From the NCBI RefSeq assembly GCF_006345805.1, contig NC_043001.1, positions 15,128,001-15,192,000 of the forward strand: a DNA stretch of 64,000 bases. Reading direction: 5' to 3'. The DNA comes from Octopus sinensis (taxonomy: Eukaryota). The position numbers were made by a program, and so were the translations under genes. The notes beneath the pieces are model-generated. The model was not told the origin of the DNA. It did not search any database and saw only the letters and a program-made list of their open reading frames with translations. Shown here piece by piece: positions 37,689 to 50,045 of this stretch; positions within the stretch are counted from its first letter, which is position 1; every line of letters starts with the position of its first letter.

Positions 37689-39099
37689 ACACTTTGTTGC
37701 TTTGGTTCAATCTGAAAATTGACATCCATCCCATCTATATACTTTCAGGTATTCTTCAAACAAAGTATATGTATATATGTTTTGATGATCTGTCAGCAAA
37801 GAATGTAGACATTGCTGAGAAAACAAAAGGGAAAGAGAAGTACTTTTCAAACAAAGTCCTTTGTAATATTTGTTCTACTCTGAGTTACAGATACTCCCTC
37901 ACCACTTTCACCATCAGAAACATATTGCACTACTAATTTGTTCATTGGAAACCTGTAACCAGTGACACTACTGTTAACCAACTGTGAAATGAAATAAATA
38001 AGAATATAAACATTTTATCTTTTCAAATTATTCGAAGTAAATATAGTCTGAAGTATATAGCCCCGATGATATATAATACCTTTTCTAAAAAAGTGAACAC
38101 TGTATAAATCATTTTGGCCCCTGCTGTTGTCATGGATTTTCTTTGTTTATCATTTTTAATCATTATATGTGACAAAATAAAAATCTAGCAAAAAGAGAGA
38201 AAAAAACATCTGACTTGGATAGAAAATAGAATCTGACATTTAGTATTACTTTTCCATGTTGTGTAATAATAAGCCCTGATATCTTGTTGATTTACATTCA
38301 CAAACAATGATGATAGACAAAAGTTGTCTATAACATAGAAAAAATTTGCAATGTTTAGCAAGGCAGCCTACTTTATAAATATAAAGACAGTTTTAAGAGA
38401 AAAGTGATATACTATGTTAGTTAAAAATAGTTTTGAATATTAATCATACTAATAGAAGTGCAGTAAGTTTTATGTTTAGACTAGATATTCTCAGAATTTT
38501 CTAATTTAGCAAGGAGATAACTTCCTGTTGTATATTCCATATCAAATATCTCTGTTAAACATGTTATTGTATTCTCAATGAATTAACAGAAAAATAAAAG
38601 AAACATTACACCAACTGAAGTGTGATTTTCTAGCAGCTCGGTTACACAATTAGTGACATTAAAGTCAATGAAGTCTCGAGAGCATTTAGAAATTTTAAAT
38701 AAATAACAGTTCCTGATTAGAAGTTATTAACGCATGTCTACGTTAACAGTGTATCTATCCAAGAAAACAAAAGGACTCTTGAATCTCTCAAGAATATTTT
38801 TTCGGTTAGGGTTACTAATGATTTGTTTATAAGTAATCTTTTGGATTGTTTTCTAATATAGGCGCAAAGTTGCAAGTTTTGGGAGTAGGGCATAGACAAT
38901 CATGTTGATCCGAGTACTTGACTTGTACTTAAATTATAAAGTACACGAAGGAGGAACATAATATGTAAAAAGTAATAAAAGATCTCTTACACACGTCAGT
39001 GATGTATATTCAGTGTTGGTGTTTCTGCTGCTAATGTTGTTTGAGAAGATGGGGGTTGGGGTTCATTAAACAGAACTTTTGATATTCACTGTTATACAC

Positions 39100-39135
<36 letters not shown>

Positions 39136-39534
39136 TAATAAATAATTTGGACAAATAAGTATAATTCGATTTGTATGTTTAAATGTTGGTATATATATGC
39201 ATGAACATGAAACTACTTATCAAAGTATTAATCTTCCTTTCTTCTACTTTCTTTTTCCCTCTAAGCAGTTATGACAGCGAAAGCTGATTAGGTCATTTTA
39301 TCTAAACTGGAATGAATTGATTTCCACATTTATATTTGAATTTTTTGCATTTCTATAATATTATTTGCTTTTATTCTTTCCTAATTTAATGGGCATTTAA
39401 CAACAGGCCAGCCGACACTAAAAGTCTCTAGTGAGACTTCTTCATCAATGTACTTGAAGAGACCCAAACTGATGGGTTGGAACATGTGTTGTACCTAATG
39501 AAAACCTAATACAAAATCCATCTCCTACTATTAA

Positions 39535-39572
<38 letters not shown>

Positions 39573-39587
39573 TATATATACACAATC

Positions 39588-39950
39588 ATCATCATCATAA
39601 TATAACGTCTGTTGTCCATGCTGGCATGGTTTGGATGGTTTGACTAGGTTGGCATGCTGGATGGCTGTGCCAGGATCCAGTCTGATTTGGCACGGTTTTC
39701 TACAGCAGGATGGCCTTCGCAACGCCAACCACTACAAGAGTGTAATGGGTGCTTTTAGGTGTCACCGGCATGGGTACCATTTTCATGACACCGGTACCTG
39801 CCACGACTGCGATTTTGTTCAGCTTGATGGGTCTTCTTCTAAAGCATGACATGATGCCAAAGGCCTTGATCATTGACTCCGTGAGGCCTATGAGGAACTT
39901 GGTCAATTTGCCTCCACGAAGCCCAACACTCGAAAGGAACTCAGCCACTT
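39588..39950 (-). mobile_element. RTE 3'-end copy with ORF C-terminal relic
   Basis: (CAT)n, 3' UTR and a GLTESM...KKTHQA-like tail of the ORF. Confidence 0.7.
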
Positions 39951-39952
39951 TA

Positions 39953-39987
<35 letters not shown>

Positions 39988-41255
39988 CACACACACACAC
40001 ACACCATCATCATCATCATCAGTCAGATCATATATGAATTTGGAAAATGATGTACTTTTACTTACACTTAAAAGAAAAAGTGAAAAGACGTTACTTTCAA
40101 AATTATTTTACCTAACGGCATGTACATCTGTTAGAAATAATTTACCAAATTATGAGTTGTCATATTTTTATCAAGCAGTTGAATGCTCTACTATAGATCA
40201 GACATACTTCATTCTGTATCTTATTTTCAGCCACAGTGTCACAACACACTCACAGAGGCAGGGACATTTGATTGGGTAAATTGTTTACAAAATATAACTA
40301 ATACTTTCAGGTATGGAGATATTTGAAAATTTGTTAATACCAGTGATTTTAATAAAAAGACTATAAAGGAAAAATACTATTGAGTACTTTAATTATGACA
40401 TAATGTGTATTTATCTAATTGATTTAATTAATTACAAAGAATCTAACATATATTTCTTCTTTCTTGTCCCCTTAACTGAATGGTTTAGTTTCATTTTAGT
40501 TTAACTAAGAAAAATTTCCTTTAGTGTAATGAAAGACAAATTTCGAATTCATATTGTCTAGCTTTCAAGGGTTTACAACTAACAACTCTAACATTTTCTT
40601 CAGCCGATAAAGATCAAAATAGTCCCAGGGCTTGATGGTTTTCTACTCACCACTCTGATATAGTGCTTTGCAACCAAGCTCTTCAACATCTTTTTCAATG
40701 TAAACTTAAACATACTAAGAAAATTGTGCCCTTATATGCAAGAAGGTTCTTATTTCATTTCACTATCACCTCTACCCTAACTTCAACACAGAAATTCTTC
40801 TACAGAAGATACTACCCTACACTTGCCACATTTCATAGATAGATTTCGTTCACATCCAAATTCTGTCAAATACAAACTGCTGAGCATGCACATTTTTCAT
40901 AAGCAGCAACACTGGTAAAATCTTGCATGAAGGATTTGACAAAAATTTCATCAAGCAGCACAAAATTTTAGATGTGGAAAATTTCAAGAAAAAAATTTCC
41001 CAAACTTGCTGTCCTGAACCCTTTATTCATATGTACAGTGTCTGATAACTTTTCGTGATGGTCACATGATCTTCAGGTAGTCATAAATATATTGTGAGAA
41101 TACTTCAGTCTTCAAAAACAGCAAAAATTATACAAAATGCAAATCAGTCTTACACACAGGCACAGCAAAGCAGTCCATTTCTTAAGCAAACCTTCAACTG
41201 GTTATTTAAAACAATTGATCCATTATCAATTTGAGCTCAGCCTTTGTTTCTTTAA

Positions 41256-41475
41256 CCCTTTCATTACCAATCTGGCTGAAACCAGCTCTGGCTCTGAGTA
41301 CAAATGTCTTGTTTTCATAAGTTTTGAATTAAAATCTTCCCCCAAACCTTAGTCACAATTTACATTCCTAACACTAGCTGAATGATAACTAAGTTATTTT
41401 ACTAAATTCTTTGTTATATTTAAAGTAATTGAAAGAAACACAGAGCATCTGAAAATAAATACAGTAACGAAAGGG
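41256..41475 (-). mobile_element. TTAA-flanked MITE family 2 copy
   Basis: ttaa-ccctttcattacc ... gtaacgaaaggg-ttaa. Confidence 0.8.
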
Positions 41476-41940
41476 TTAATGATTGCCAGAAAGTTTCCAC
41501 TCCTGATACTTGTAATCTGTATAAAAGTATTTGATGCACACATTTCTTCTCTTCTTACCATCTTCTAGAATAGAATGAGGAACGAAGTGTGATTCACCTA
41601 CCTCTGAAGTTCTCTTGCAGTGTCAACTTTCCAGCTAGGTTACATCTGAAAGGCGCCCTACGCACCTGACCTATGGCCAGAACCTAATGGCAAATTCCCC
41701 CTCTAGCTCATATGTTCACGTGTCCAACTGTCATGACCACTCTGAAGTGAAGAGACCCATGCTGGTCCTACTTCCACCCACTCACTTCTGCTCTTCTTGT
41801 AGGGTCCCTCAGCCATTGATGTTACTGACCCTTTATTCTTGGTTCACCTCATCTCCACATCTAGTTAAATATTTAACCATACTCTCCAATGTTTCCTCCT
41901 GGAACCCTCTTCTTACTTATAATCCACATCTTTCCATTAA

Positions 41941-42160
41941 CTCTTTAACACTTAAACAGGACATACCTGGCCAAAATATTCAACCAATTCTATGTTCAAA
42001 CTAGTCAGATTTAGGCTTTAACACCTATCCTACAATGTTATTCTAAAAATACACAATCACATCATTGAAATATGGAAACTATGAGATATTCCAAGATTAA
42101 TTCAAAACAATACAAATAGATAAGCTTTACATTTGACAAAGTAATCTGAATGCTAAAGAG
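41941..42160 (+). mobile_element. TTAA-flanked MITE family 1 copy
   Basis: Homologous to 474-694 (reverse) and 43733-43953; ttaa flanks. Confidence 0.7.
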
Positions 42161-42289
42161 TTAAACATTAAACCCATTAACTGCACTTAGTTATCCCTTG
42201 ACTTGAAAAGGTTAATTAGTCAAATGATTGGTTGTGAACCATAGAAGTATATTTTGTATATACAATACCTCCGCATGAAGGCACATGGC

Positions 42290-42620
42290 TCTGTAATAAG
42301 AGTGTTGGACTCATAATCATGAGGTAGTGAGTTTGATTCCCAGACTGGGTTGTGTGTTGTGTTCTTGAGCAAAACACTTCATGTTGCTCCAGTTCACTCA
42401 CCTATAGAAATGAGTGCCAAGCTGTATCAGCATTTGTATTTTCCTTGGAGAACATCGGTGACATGAAGAAGGGTGGCTGGTATACAAGGGTGGCTGGTAT
42501 ACATGGGTGACTGTTGGTCTTCCATAAACAACCTTGCCCAGACTTGTGCTTTGGAAGGGAACTTTCTAGGTGCAATTCCATAGTTGTCCATGACCGAAGG
42601 GGGTCTTTACCCTTTACCTC
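42290..42620 (+). mobile_element. tRNA-derived SINE (family D-related head, V/CORE-like body)
   Basis: gagtttgattcccagactggg B-box, ttgtgttcttgagcaaaacacttcatgttgctccagttcactca body. Confidence 0.65.
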
Positions 42621-43732
42621 CACCTGACAGTTTGAGTAGGATATCACCAAAACCTATTGGTATACAGGAACATATTAGATATCAGAGATGAGGCAACAAT
42701 TTGGTGCACAAAAATAAAGGTTAAAAAAATTTGAACGAAGCACAACAGTTGCTGATGTTCTGACCTTATCAGCAGTGGTATGCACATCTCAGAATCTCAC
42801 ACTAGAAAGATATTGAGGATGCCACTACTTTAAGCATGTATTTACTTTTTATATTTATACAAACAAGGGGGCTTTTACATGATTGCTTAACCTGATAAAA
42901 AAAAAAGGCAGCTAAATCTCTATCAAACTACACCCTGGCATCTCAGAAAAGACAAAACATGTTGAAGAACTTAATCTTGAAAACAATATGCCAAAAAAAG
43001 AAAGATGATGGGCGTAATCATAACTTGAATATCAGTCAAACGGCAAAAAATTGACAGAGAACACCATGGTAAGGATATTTTATAAAGCTGTGAACTGAAA
43101 TTCTTTGACATGCAATTTTCTAAATGAACTTTTTGGTAGTTTTTAGGGTTTTTTTCCTTACACTTTTAATGGATTAGTCAGGAGGAAATTCAAACTCATG
43201 ACCCTTTAAAGGGCCTCTTTCACTGGTGGGAGCACTTAGCTTGAACAGAGTGAATTCTGCTAGATGTACTGAAAGGACAAGTTGATGGCGGAGTTAAAGT
43301 AGTTGATGAACTCACAGACTTAAAGCTTACAAATCAAGGCATTTTCCTCTGTTTAAAAGACTTTGAAAAGTTATTGTTGGGTAGGAGAAATAAGTAACAT
43401 GCCTATTATTGAAGAGGGGGATTATGATAAATAAAGAATAGTATTGTTTTCGGTACACTTTTCTCTAGAATTAAAGACTTTCTTTTACTTTGATTCAGTA
43501 ATCAGTTACACACACACACACACACACACACACACTTTGCAGTCAGTTTCATAAATGAACTTATATATTGGTGAAATATTTTAAAATAAAATTCTGTGGT
43601 TTGTGTGCGCATACACACACACTTGATTCAGCAGCAATAATGATGTCAAGTTTCATGTAAGCCAAGTTTGTAAGGCAGTTTTAAGTTTCCTGTAGCAAGA
43701 ATTTCTCTTTTACACGTAATGTAATGTCTTGA

Positions 43733-43953
43733 CCCTTTAGCATTTAAACTGGCTCAAATTTGTGGCTCAAATATCATCCTTGTTTTATGTAAGAACTGGC
43801 CAGATCTGGTCTCTCACACCTACCTTGCAATGTCGTTCCAATAACAAACAATTGCATCATGGAAATCTTGAAGCTACAAGATAACACATGATTAATTCAA
43901 CAACGAGAATAAATAAGCACAGCATGGGACAAAGTAATCTGAATGCTAAAAGG
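43733..43953 (+). mobile_element. TTAA-flanked MITE family 1 copy
   Basis: ccctttagcatttaaac...gaatgctaaaaggttaa; homologous to 474-694. Confidence 0.7.
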
Positions 43954-43971
43954 TTAAAGGAAGCACATTCT

Positions 43972-44322
43972 TTTATTCTTTTACTTGTTTCAGTCATTTG
44001 AATGCAGCCATGCTGGAGTACCACCTTTCAGCAAACAAATCAACCCCAGAGCTTACTCTTTGTAAGCCTAGTACTGATTTCATTGGTCTCTTTGGCCAAA
44101 CCGCTAAGTTACAGGGACATAAACACATAAACATCAGTTGTCAAGTGATGTGGGGGGGGACAAGCACACACATCTATACAATGGGCTTCTTTCAGTTTCT
44201 GTTTACCAAATCCACTCACAAAGTTTTGGTTGGCCCAACACTATAGTAGATGACACTTGCCCAAGTGGGACTGAACCTGGAACCATGTGGTTGGAAAGTA
44301 AGTTTCTTACTACACAGCTACT
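43972..44322 (-). mobile_element. SINE family A copy
   Basis: Reverse homolog of family A. Confidence 0.8.
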
Positions 44323-44747
44323 CCTATGCCTATGTAATAATGATTTTAATTACCTACAGGTATGACGTTAACTTTACAGTTGTTGTTATTGTTATTTAGC
44401 CCTCGGCCAAACCTGAATGAACAGATATGATCTAAGGTGTTCAAGCTATCATCAACCAGATGTCTCTTAAGATAAAGCTATATACGACTCCTTTCCTTTA
44501 CTAGACAACTGAGTGTGATTTTGAGGAAAATTTGACCATTATTTTTAGTAGGTTACACAATCACATAGAGGCTCCCTTTTTGTTTGCTATAGTTGCTTTA
44601 CAAATATTTACAGCTGACAGCCAAAAATCTATAATTTATAACGTGCCTTTTGTGCATTAGAAGCACCTTTCATATTCCTCCAAGATTTATCAAGACTATT
44701 GTAGGATTAAAGACTCTGGCAAAATATTCTCCACAAGTACATCACCA

Positions 44748-47700
44748 TCTTTTAATATCCGTTTTCCATGCTGGCATGGGTTGGATGGTTTGATAGGAGC
44801 TGGTAAATCCAGGGGCCACATTAGGTTCCATTGTCTGTTTTGGCATGGTTTCTATGACTGGATACCCTTCCTAATACCAACCACTTCACAGAGTGTACTG
44901 GGAGCATTTTTTCTGACACCATCATGTGTGCTTTTTATGTGACACCATCACGAGTGCTTTTTATGTGACACCATCACGAGTGCTTTTTATGTGACACCAT
45001 CATGGGTGCTTTTTATGTGACACCATCACAAGTGCTTTTTATGTGACACCATCACAAGTGCTTTTTATGTGACACCATCACAAGTGCTTTTTATGTGACA
45101 CCATCACGAGTGCTTTTTATGTGACACCATCACGAGTGCTTTTTATGTGACACCATCACGGGTGCTTTTTAGGTGACACCATCACGGGTGCTTTTTAGGT
45201 GACACCATCACGGGTGCTTTTTAGGTGACACCATCACGGGTGCTTTTTAGGTGACACCATCACGGGTGCTTTTTATGTGACACCATCACGGGTGCTTTTT
45301 ATGTGACACCATCATGGGTGCTTTTTATGTGACACCATCACGGGTGCTTTTTATGTGACACCATCACAAGTGCTTTTTATGTGACACCATCACAGGTGCT
45401 TTTTATGTGACACCATCATGGGTGCTTTTTAGGTGACACCATCACGGGTGCTTTTTAGGTGACACCATCATGGGTGCTTTTTAGGTGACACCATCATGGG
45501 AGCTTTTTAGGTGACACCATCACGGGTGCTTTTTAGGTGACACCATCACGGGTGCTTTTTATGTGACACCATCACGGGTGCTTTTTAGGTGACACCATCA
45601 CGGGTGCTTTTTATGTGACACCATCACGGGTGCTTTTTATGTGACACCATCACAAGTGCTTTTTATGTGACACCATCACAGGTGCTTTTTATGTGACACC
45701 ATCATGGGTGCTTTTTAGGTGACACCATCACGGGTGCTTTTTAGGTGACACCATCATGGGTGCTTTTTAGGTGACACCATCATGGGAGCTTTTTAGGTGA
45801 CACCATCACGGGTGCTTTTTAGGTGACACCATCATGGGTGCTTTTTAGGTGACACCATCACGGGTGCTTTTTAGGTGACACCATCACGGGTGCTTTTTAG
45901 GTGACACCATCACGGGTGCTTTTTAGGTGACACCATCACGGGTGCTTTTTAGGTGACACCATCACGGGTGCTTTTTATGTGACACCATCACGGGTGCTTT
46001 TTATGTGACACCATCGGGTGCTTTTTAGGTGACACCATCACGGGTGCTTTTTATGTGACACCATCACAAGTGCTTTTTATGTGACACCATCACAGGTGCT
46101 TTTTGTGACACCATCATGGGTGCTTTTTAGGTGACACCATCACGGGTGCTTTTTAGGTGACACCATCATGGGTGCTTTTTAGGTGACACCATCATGGGAG
46201 CTTTTTAGTGACACCATCACGGGTGCTTTTTAGGTGACACCATCATGGGTGCTTTTTAGGTGACACCATCACGGGTGCTTTTTAGGTGACACCATCACGG
46301 TGCTTTTTATGTGACACCATCACGGGTGCTTTTTATGTGACACCATCATGGGTGCTTTTTATGTGACACCATCATGGGTGCTTTTTAGGTGACACCATCA
46401 CGGGTGCTTTTTAGGTGACACCATCATGGGAGCTTTTTAGGTGACACCATCACAGGTGCTTTTTATGTGACACCATCATGGGAGCTTTTTAGGTGACACC
46501 ATCACGGGTGCTTTTTACGTGGCACCATCACGAGTGCTTTTTAGGTGACACCATCATGGGAGCTTTTTAGGTGACACCATCACGGGTGCTTTTTACGTGG
46601 CACCATCACGATTGCTTTTTAGGTGACACCATCACGGGTGCTTTTTACGTGGCACCATCACGAGTGCTTTTTATGTGACACCATCATGGGAGCTTTTTAG
46701 GTGACACCATCACGGGTGCTTTTTACATGGCACCATCACGAGTGCTTTTTAGGTGACACCATCATGGGAGCTTTTTAGGTGACACCATCACGGGTGCTTT
46801 TTACGTGGCACCATCACGGGTGCTTTTTATGTGGCACCATCACGAGTGCTTTTTAGGTGACACCATCACGGGTGCTTTTTATGTGGCACCATCACGAGTG
46901 CTTTTTAGGTGACACCATCACGGGTGCTTTTAAGTGGCACCATCACGAGTGCTTTTTAGGTGACACCATCATGGGAGCTTTTTAGGTGACACCATCACGG
47001 GTGCTTTTTACGTGGCACCATCACGAGTGCTTTTTAGGTGACACCATCATGGGAGCTTTTTAGGTGACACCATCACGGGTGCTTTTTACGTGGCACCATC
47101 ACGAGTGCTTTTTAGGTGACACCATCATGGGAGCTTTTTAGGTGACACCATCACGGGTGCTTTTTACGTGGCACCATCACGGGTGCTTTTTATGTGGCAC
47201 CATCACGAGTGCTTTTTAGGTGACACCATCACGGGTGCTTTTTATGTGGCACCATCACGAGTGCTTTTTAGGTGACACCATCACGGGTGCTTTTTACGTG
47301 GCACCATCACGAGTGCTTTTTAGGTGACACCATCATGGGAGCTTTTTAGGTGACACCATCACGGGTGCTTTTTACGTGGCACCATCACGGGTGCTTTTTA
47401 TGTGACACCATCACGGGTGCTTTTTAGGTGACACCATCACGGGTGCTTTTTACGTGGCACCATCACGAGTGCTTTTTAGGTGACACCATCATGGGTGCTT
47501 TTTAGGTGACACCATCACGGGTGCTTTTTACGTGGCACCATCACGGGTGCTTTTTATGTGACACCATCACGGGTGCTTTTTATGTGACACCATCACGGGT
47601 GCTTTTTACGTGGCACCATCACGAGTGCTTTTTAGGTGACACCATCACGGGTGCTTTTTAGGTGACACCATCACGGGTGCTTTTTATGTGGCACAAGCAC

Positions 47701-47810
47701 TGGCATCAATTCTGCTGTGGTGGATGAGTCTTCTTGAATACAGCAAGGTGCTAGATGTCTCAATCCTTTGACATCTCCTTCATAAGACTCAGTCTTGAGA
47801 TCAATTTTTA
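44748..47810 (-). mobile_element. RTE 3'-end copy expanded by an internal minisatellite
   Basis: 44748-44900 is the terminal 3' UTR; 47695-47810 reads as a decayed ORF end (DLK...KEMSKD...LAVFKKTHPPQQ); the array lies between. Confidence 0.7.
44901..47694. repeat. 26-bp minisatellite, about 107 units
   Basis: Consensus gacaccatcacgggtgctttttaggt with variants; period 26 confirmed (unit starts at 44941 and 44967). Confidence 0.98.
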
Positions 47811-49254
47811 GTACTTTGTCTCATTTTTGCTTGGGTCTCCTTCTATCACAAATTCTATCCACTTTAAGTGATTGGCACTTCTTGCTGACATTTAATTTAG
47901 TGAGTCCAAAAAACTTTTAATAAATTGATATTACACTCATGAGGAGGAGGAGAGAGAATCATTAGTTTAATTGTCAATTTTGAAGAAAGAAAGCAGGGAG
48001 AAAACTCTCAAATTTTAATTGATTACAATTAGTGGTGAGTTAGTATAATGATAACTAGAATTAAGTAATTGTATTTAGTTTGTTGGTCTTTTGATATTTT
48101 CTTAGCTTGTTGTATCACATCTTAATATATATATATATATGGCCTCTCATTCACAACCGATGAAGTTCTAAGATATCATTTCCTGAGGTTGAATTTTCCT
48201 CCTATTATCTTATGGGTTTATATTATATTATACACACATCATATCAGATTATGTCATATATTATCATATCATATCTTCTTTTTCCCTATGTGTAGAACAT
48301 TGAAGGAAATCAAAGCACTGCAAGTCTAGCTGTACATATCAGGTCTTTAAAGAAGTTGTCGCTAACATGATTGTTTTCCTCTGCAGAGTTCTGCAAAACT
48401 CTGATACCACTTGAAACATTATTTTCAGGAAAGTGTTAAATCAACAAAAATATCTTAAATGCTTAAACCTTCTAAATATAAATTACATGAGAAAAAAGAC
48501 TGAGCTTGTTATTCAAGCTAAGCAAAACATGCAAACTCATCATATATCAAGAAATATAGTACCCTTTTCTTTGTGCCTTATCTTCTAAATGTCTTCCAAC
48601 TACAGCCTTTAAATATAGACAATTAATTGTTTTATCAAGCCTGCTATGATGTGGTTGTAGTTAGACAGTTCTTTATTTCTACTATTTGAATTGAGAAAGT
48701 GAATTGACTGTTTAGTTATATGTAATCTACCAGTCGTGACTGTCTGATATAATGGTAGTTAAATTTCATTCTACAAAATATGAAAGTGTTACCAAAACAT
48801 TAAGAAGATATATAATGTATAACAATTTCAAATTACTGTGTTTTCCATAAATATATGGAAAAGGAAATGTAAGCATGTTCAACTGTTTGTCACGCTGTGA
48901 TTCTGCGTAATTGTTATGTTATATTCTTGTGCAATAATTAGGATAAGGACGAACATTTCAAGCAATATTTTCCAATAGAATAACAGGAAAAAAAAAATTT
49001 TTGGAGGTGTACTTGCCATGTTAGTGATTTCATCTGAGACAATGTGTTACAATTAAAACAATTACAGCATGGAAGACACATGTGAGCCATTCAAAAAGAC
49101 ACAAAAATCTAACTGAAGATGCAATGGAAACATATCAGTGACCAACTGCTGTGACAAACATTTTGATACCAAATAAATGATCGAGTATAACTGACAGGTT
49201 TTGTACATTTTTGACTGGCTAACATGTATCTTTCATGCTATAACTGAATTATAT

Positions 49255-49705
49255 TTATTTTACTGCCTGCACAAGCTATTCCCCAACACCTAGTTTCCTC
49301 AGAGCCCACAAAATTTCTGAAAATGGCACCTTGTCAAATGGTTTATTTCCAAATCAATGAAAGACAGGAACAGCCATTTATTCTTAGCTAAGTAAATTCT
49401 CTTGAAGTTGCCTTACTAGGAAGATTGTGTCTGTGGTGATTCTTCCAGGGACAAAGCCAAACTGCATCCCATCCAGGTCTACTCTATCATGGATCAACTG
49501 AGCTACAGCTTTCTGTGATTCCCATAACTTGGTCTAGAAGTTTGGTTCCTCTATAGTTCCTTCTTTCTAAGGCATCACCTTCGTCCTTGTAGCAGTTTAC
49601 GATGATACTACTATGCAGTCACTGGGTACAACACCCTTGATTATTTTATCTTCCACACTGCTGTCAACATGAATCACTGGTCCCTCTACTGGGTTAGCAT
49701 CAGGT
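49255..49705 (-). mobile_element. RTE-class LINE reverse transcriptase fragment
   Basis: CYKDEGDALERRNYRGTKLLDQVM...MQFGFVPGRITTDTIFLVRQLQE.YLAKNK.LFLSFIDLE.PFDKVP..ILWALRKLGV, diagnostic RTE RT motifs with frameshifts. Confidence 0.92.
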
Positions 49706-49844
49706 GACCCCAGTTTATTTCATGTGTTCTCTACTTTTAGCAGCCTTTCATAGTTCAATTTTTGACCCAATGGACAATAATCCAACACTGCAACCTAATT
49801 TCAGTCAGTATTACATAATTTGCTGCCTTAATCTGGTTTCAAAT

Positions 49845-50045
49845 TTCAGCACAAAACCAGCAATTTTGGGGGAGGGGGCAAGTTGATTACATTGACCCCA
49901 ATATTCAACTGGTACTAATTTTATTGACCCTGAAAGGATGAAAGACAAAGCCGACCTTGGTGGAACTTGAACTCAGAATGTGAAGACAAACTACCATTAA
50001 GCATTTTGCCTGGCATGCTAACAATTCAGCCATCTCACCACCTTC
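49845..50045 (-). mobile_element. SINE family B copy
   Basis: Family B homology. Confidence 0.75.

Noticed and set aside
38803-38814. Telomeric ttaggg
   Set aside because: Single unit only.
39749-40279. Longest ORF (176 aa)
   Set aside because: Runs through an antisense RTE end, (TA)n/(CA)n tracts and AT-rich intron; no coherent protein.
44901-47694. CRISPR array or coding repeat
   Set aside because: Head-to-tail 26-mer with no unique spacers; the period is not a multiple of 3 and units carry stop codons.
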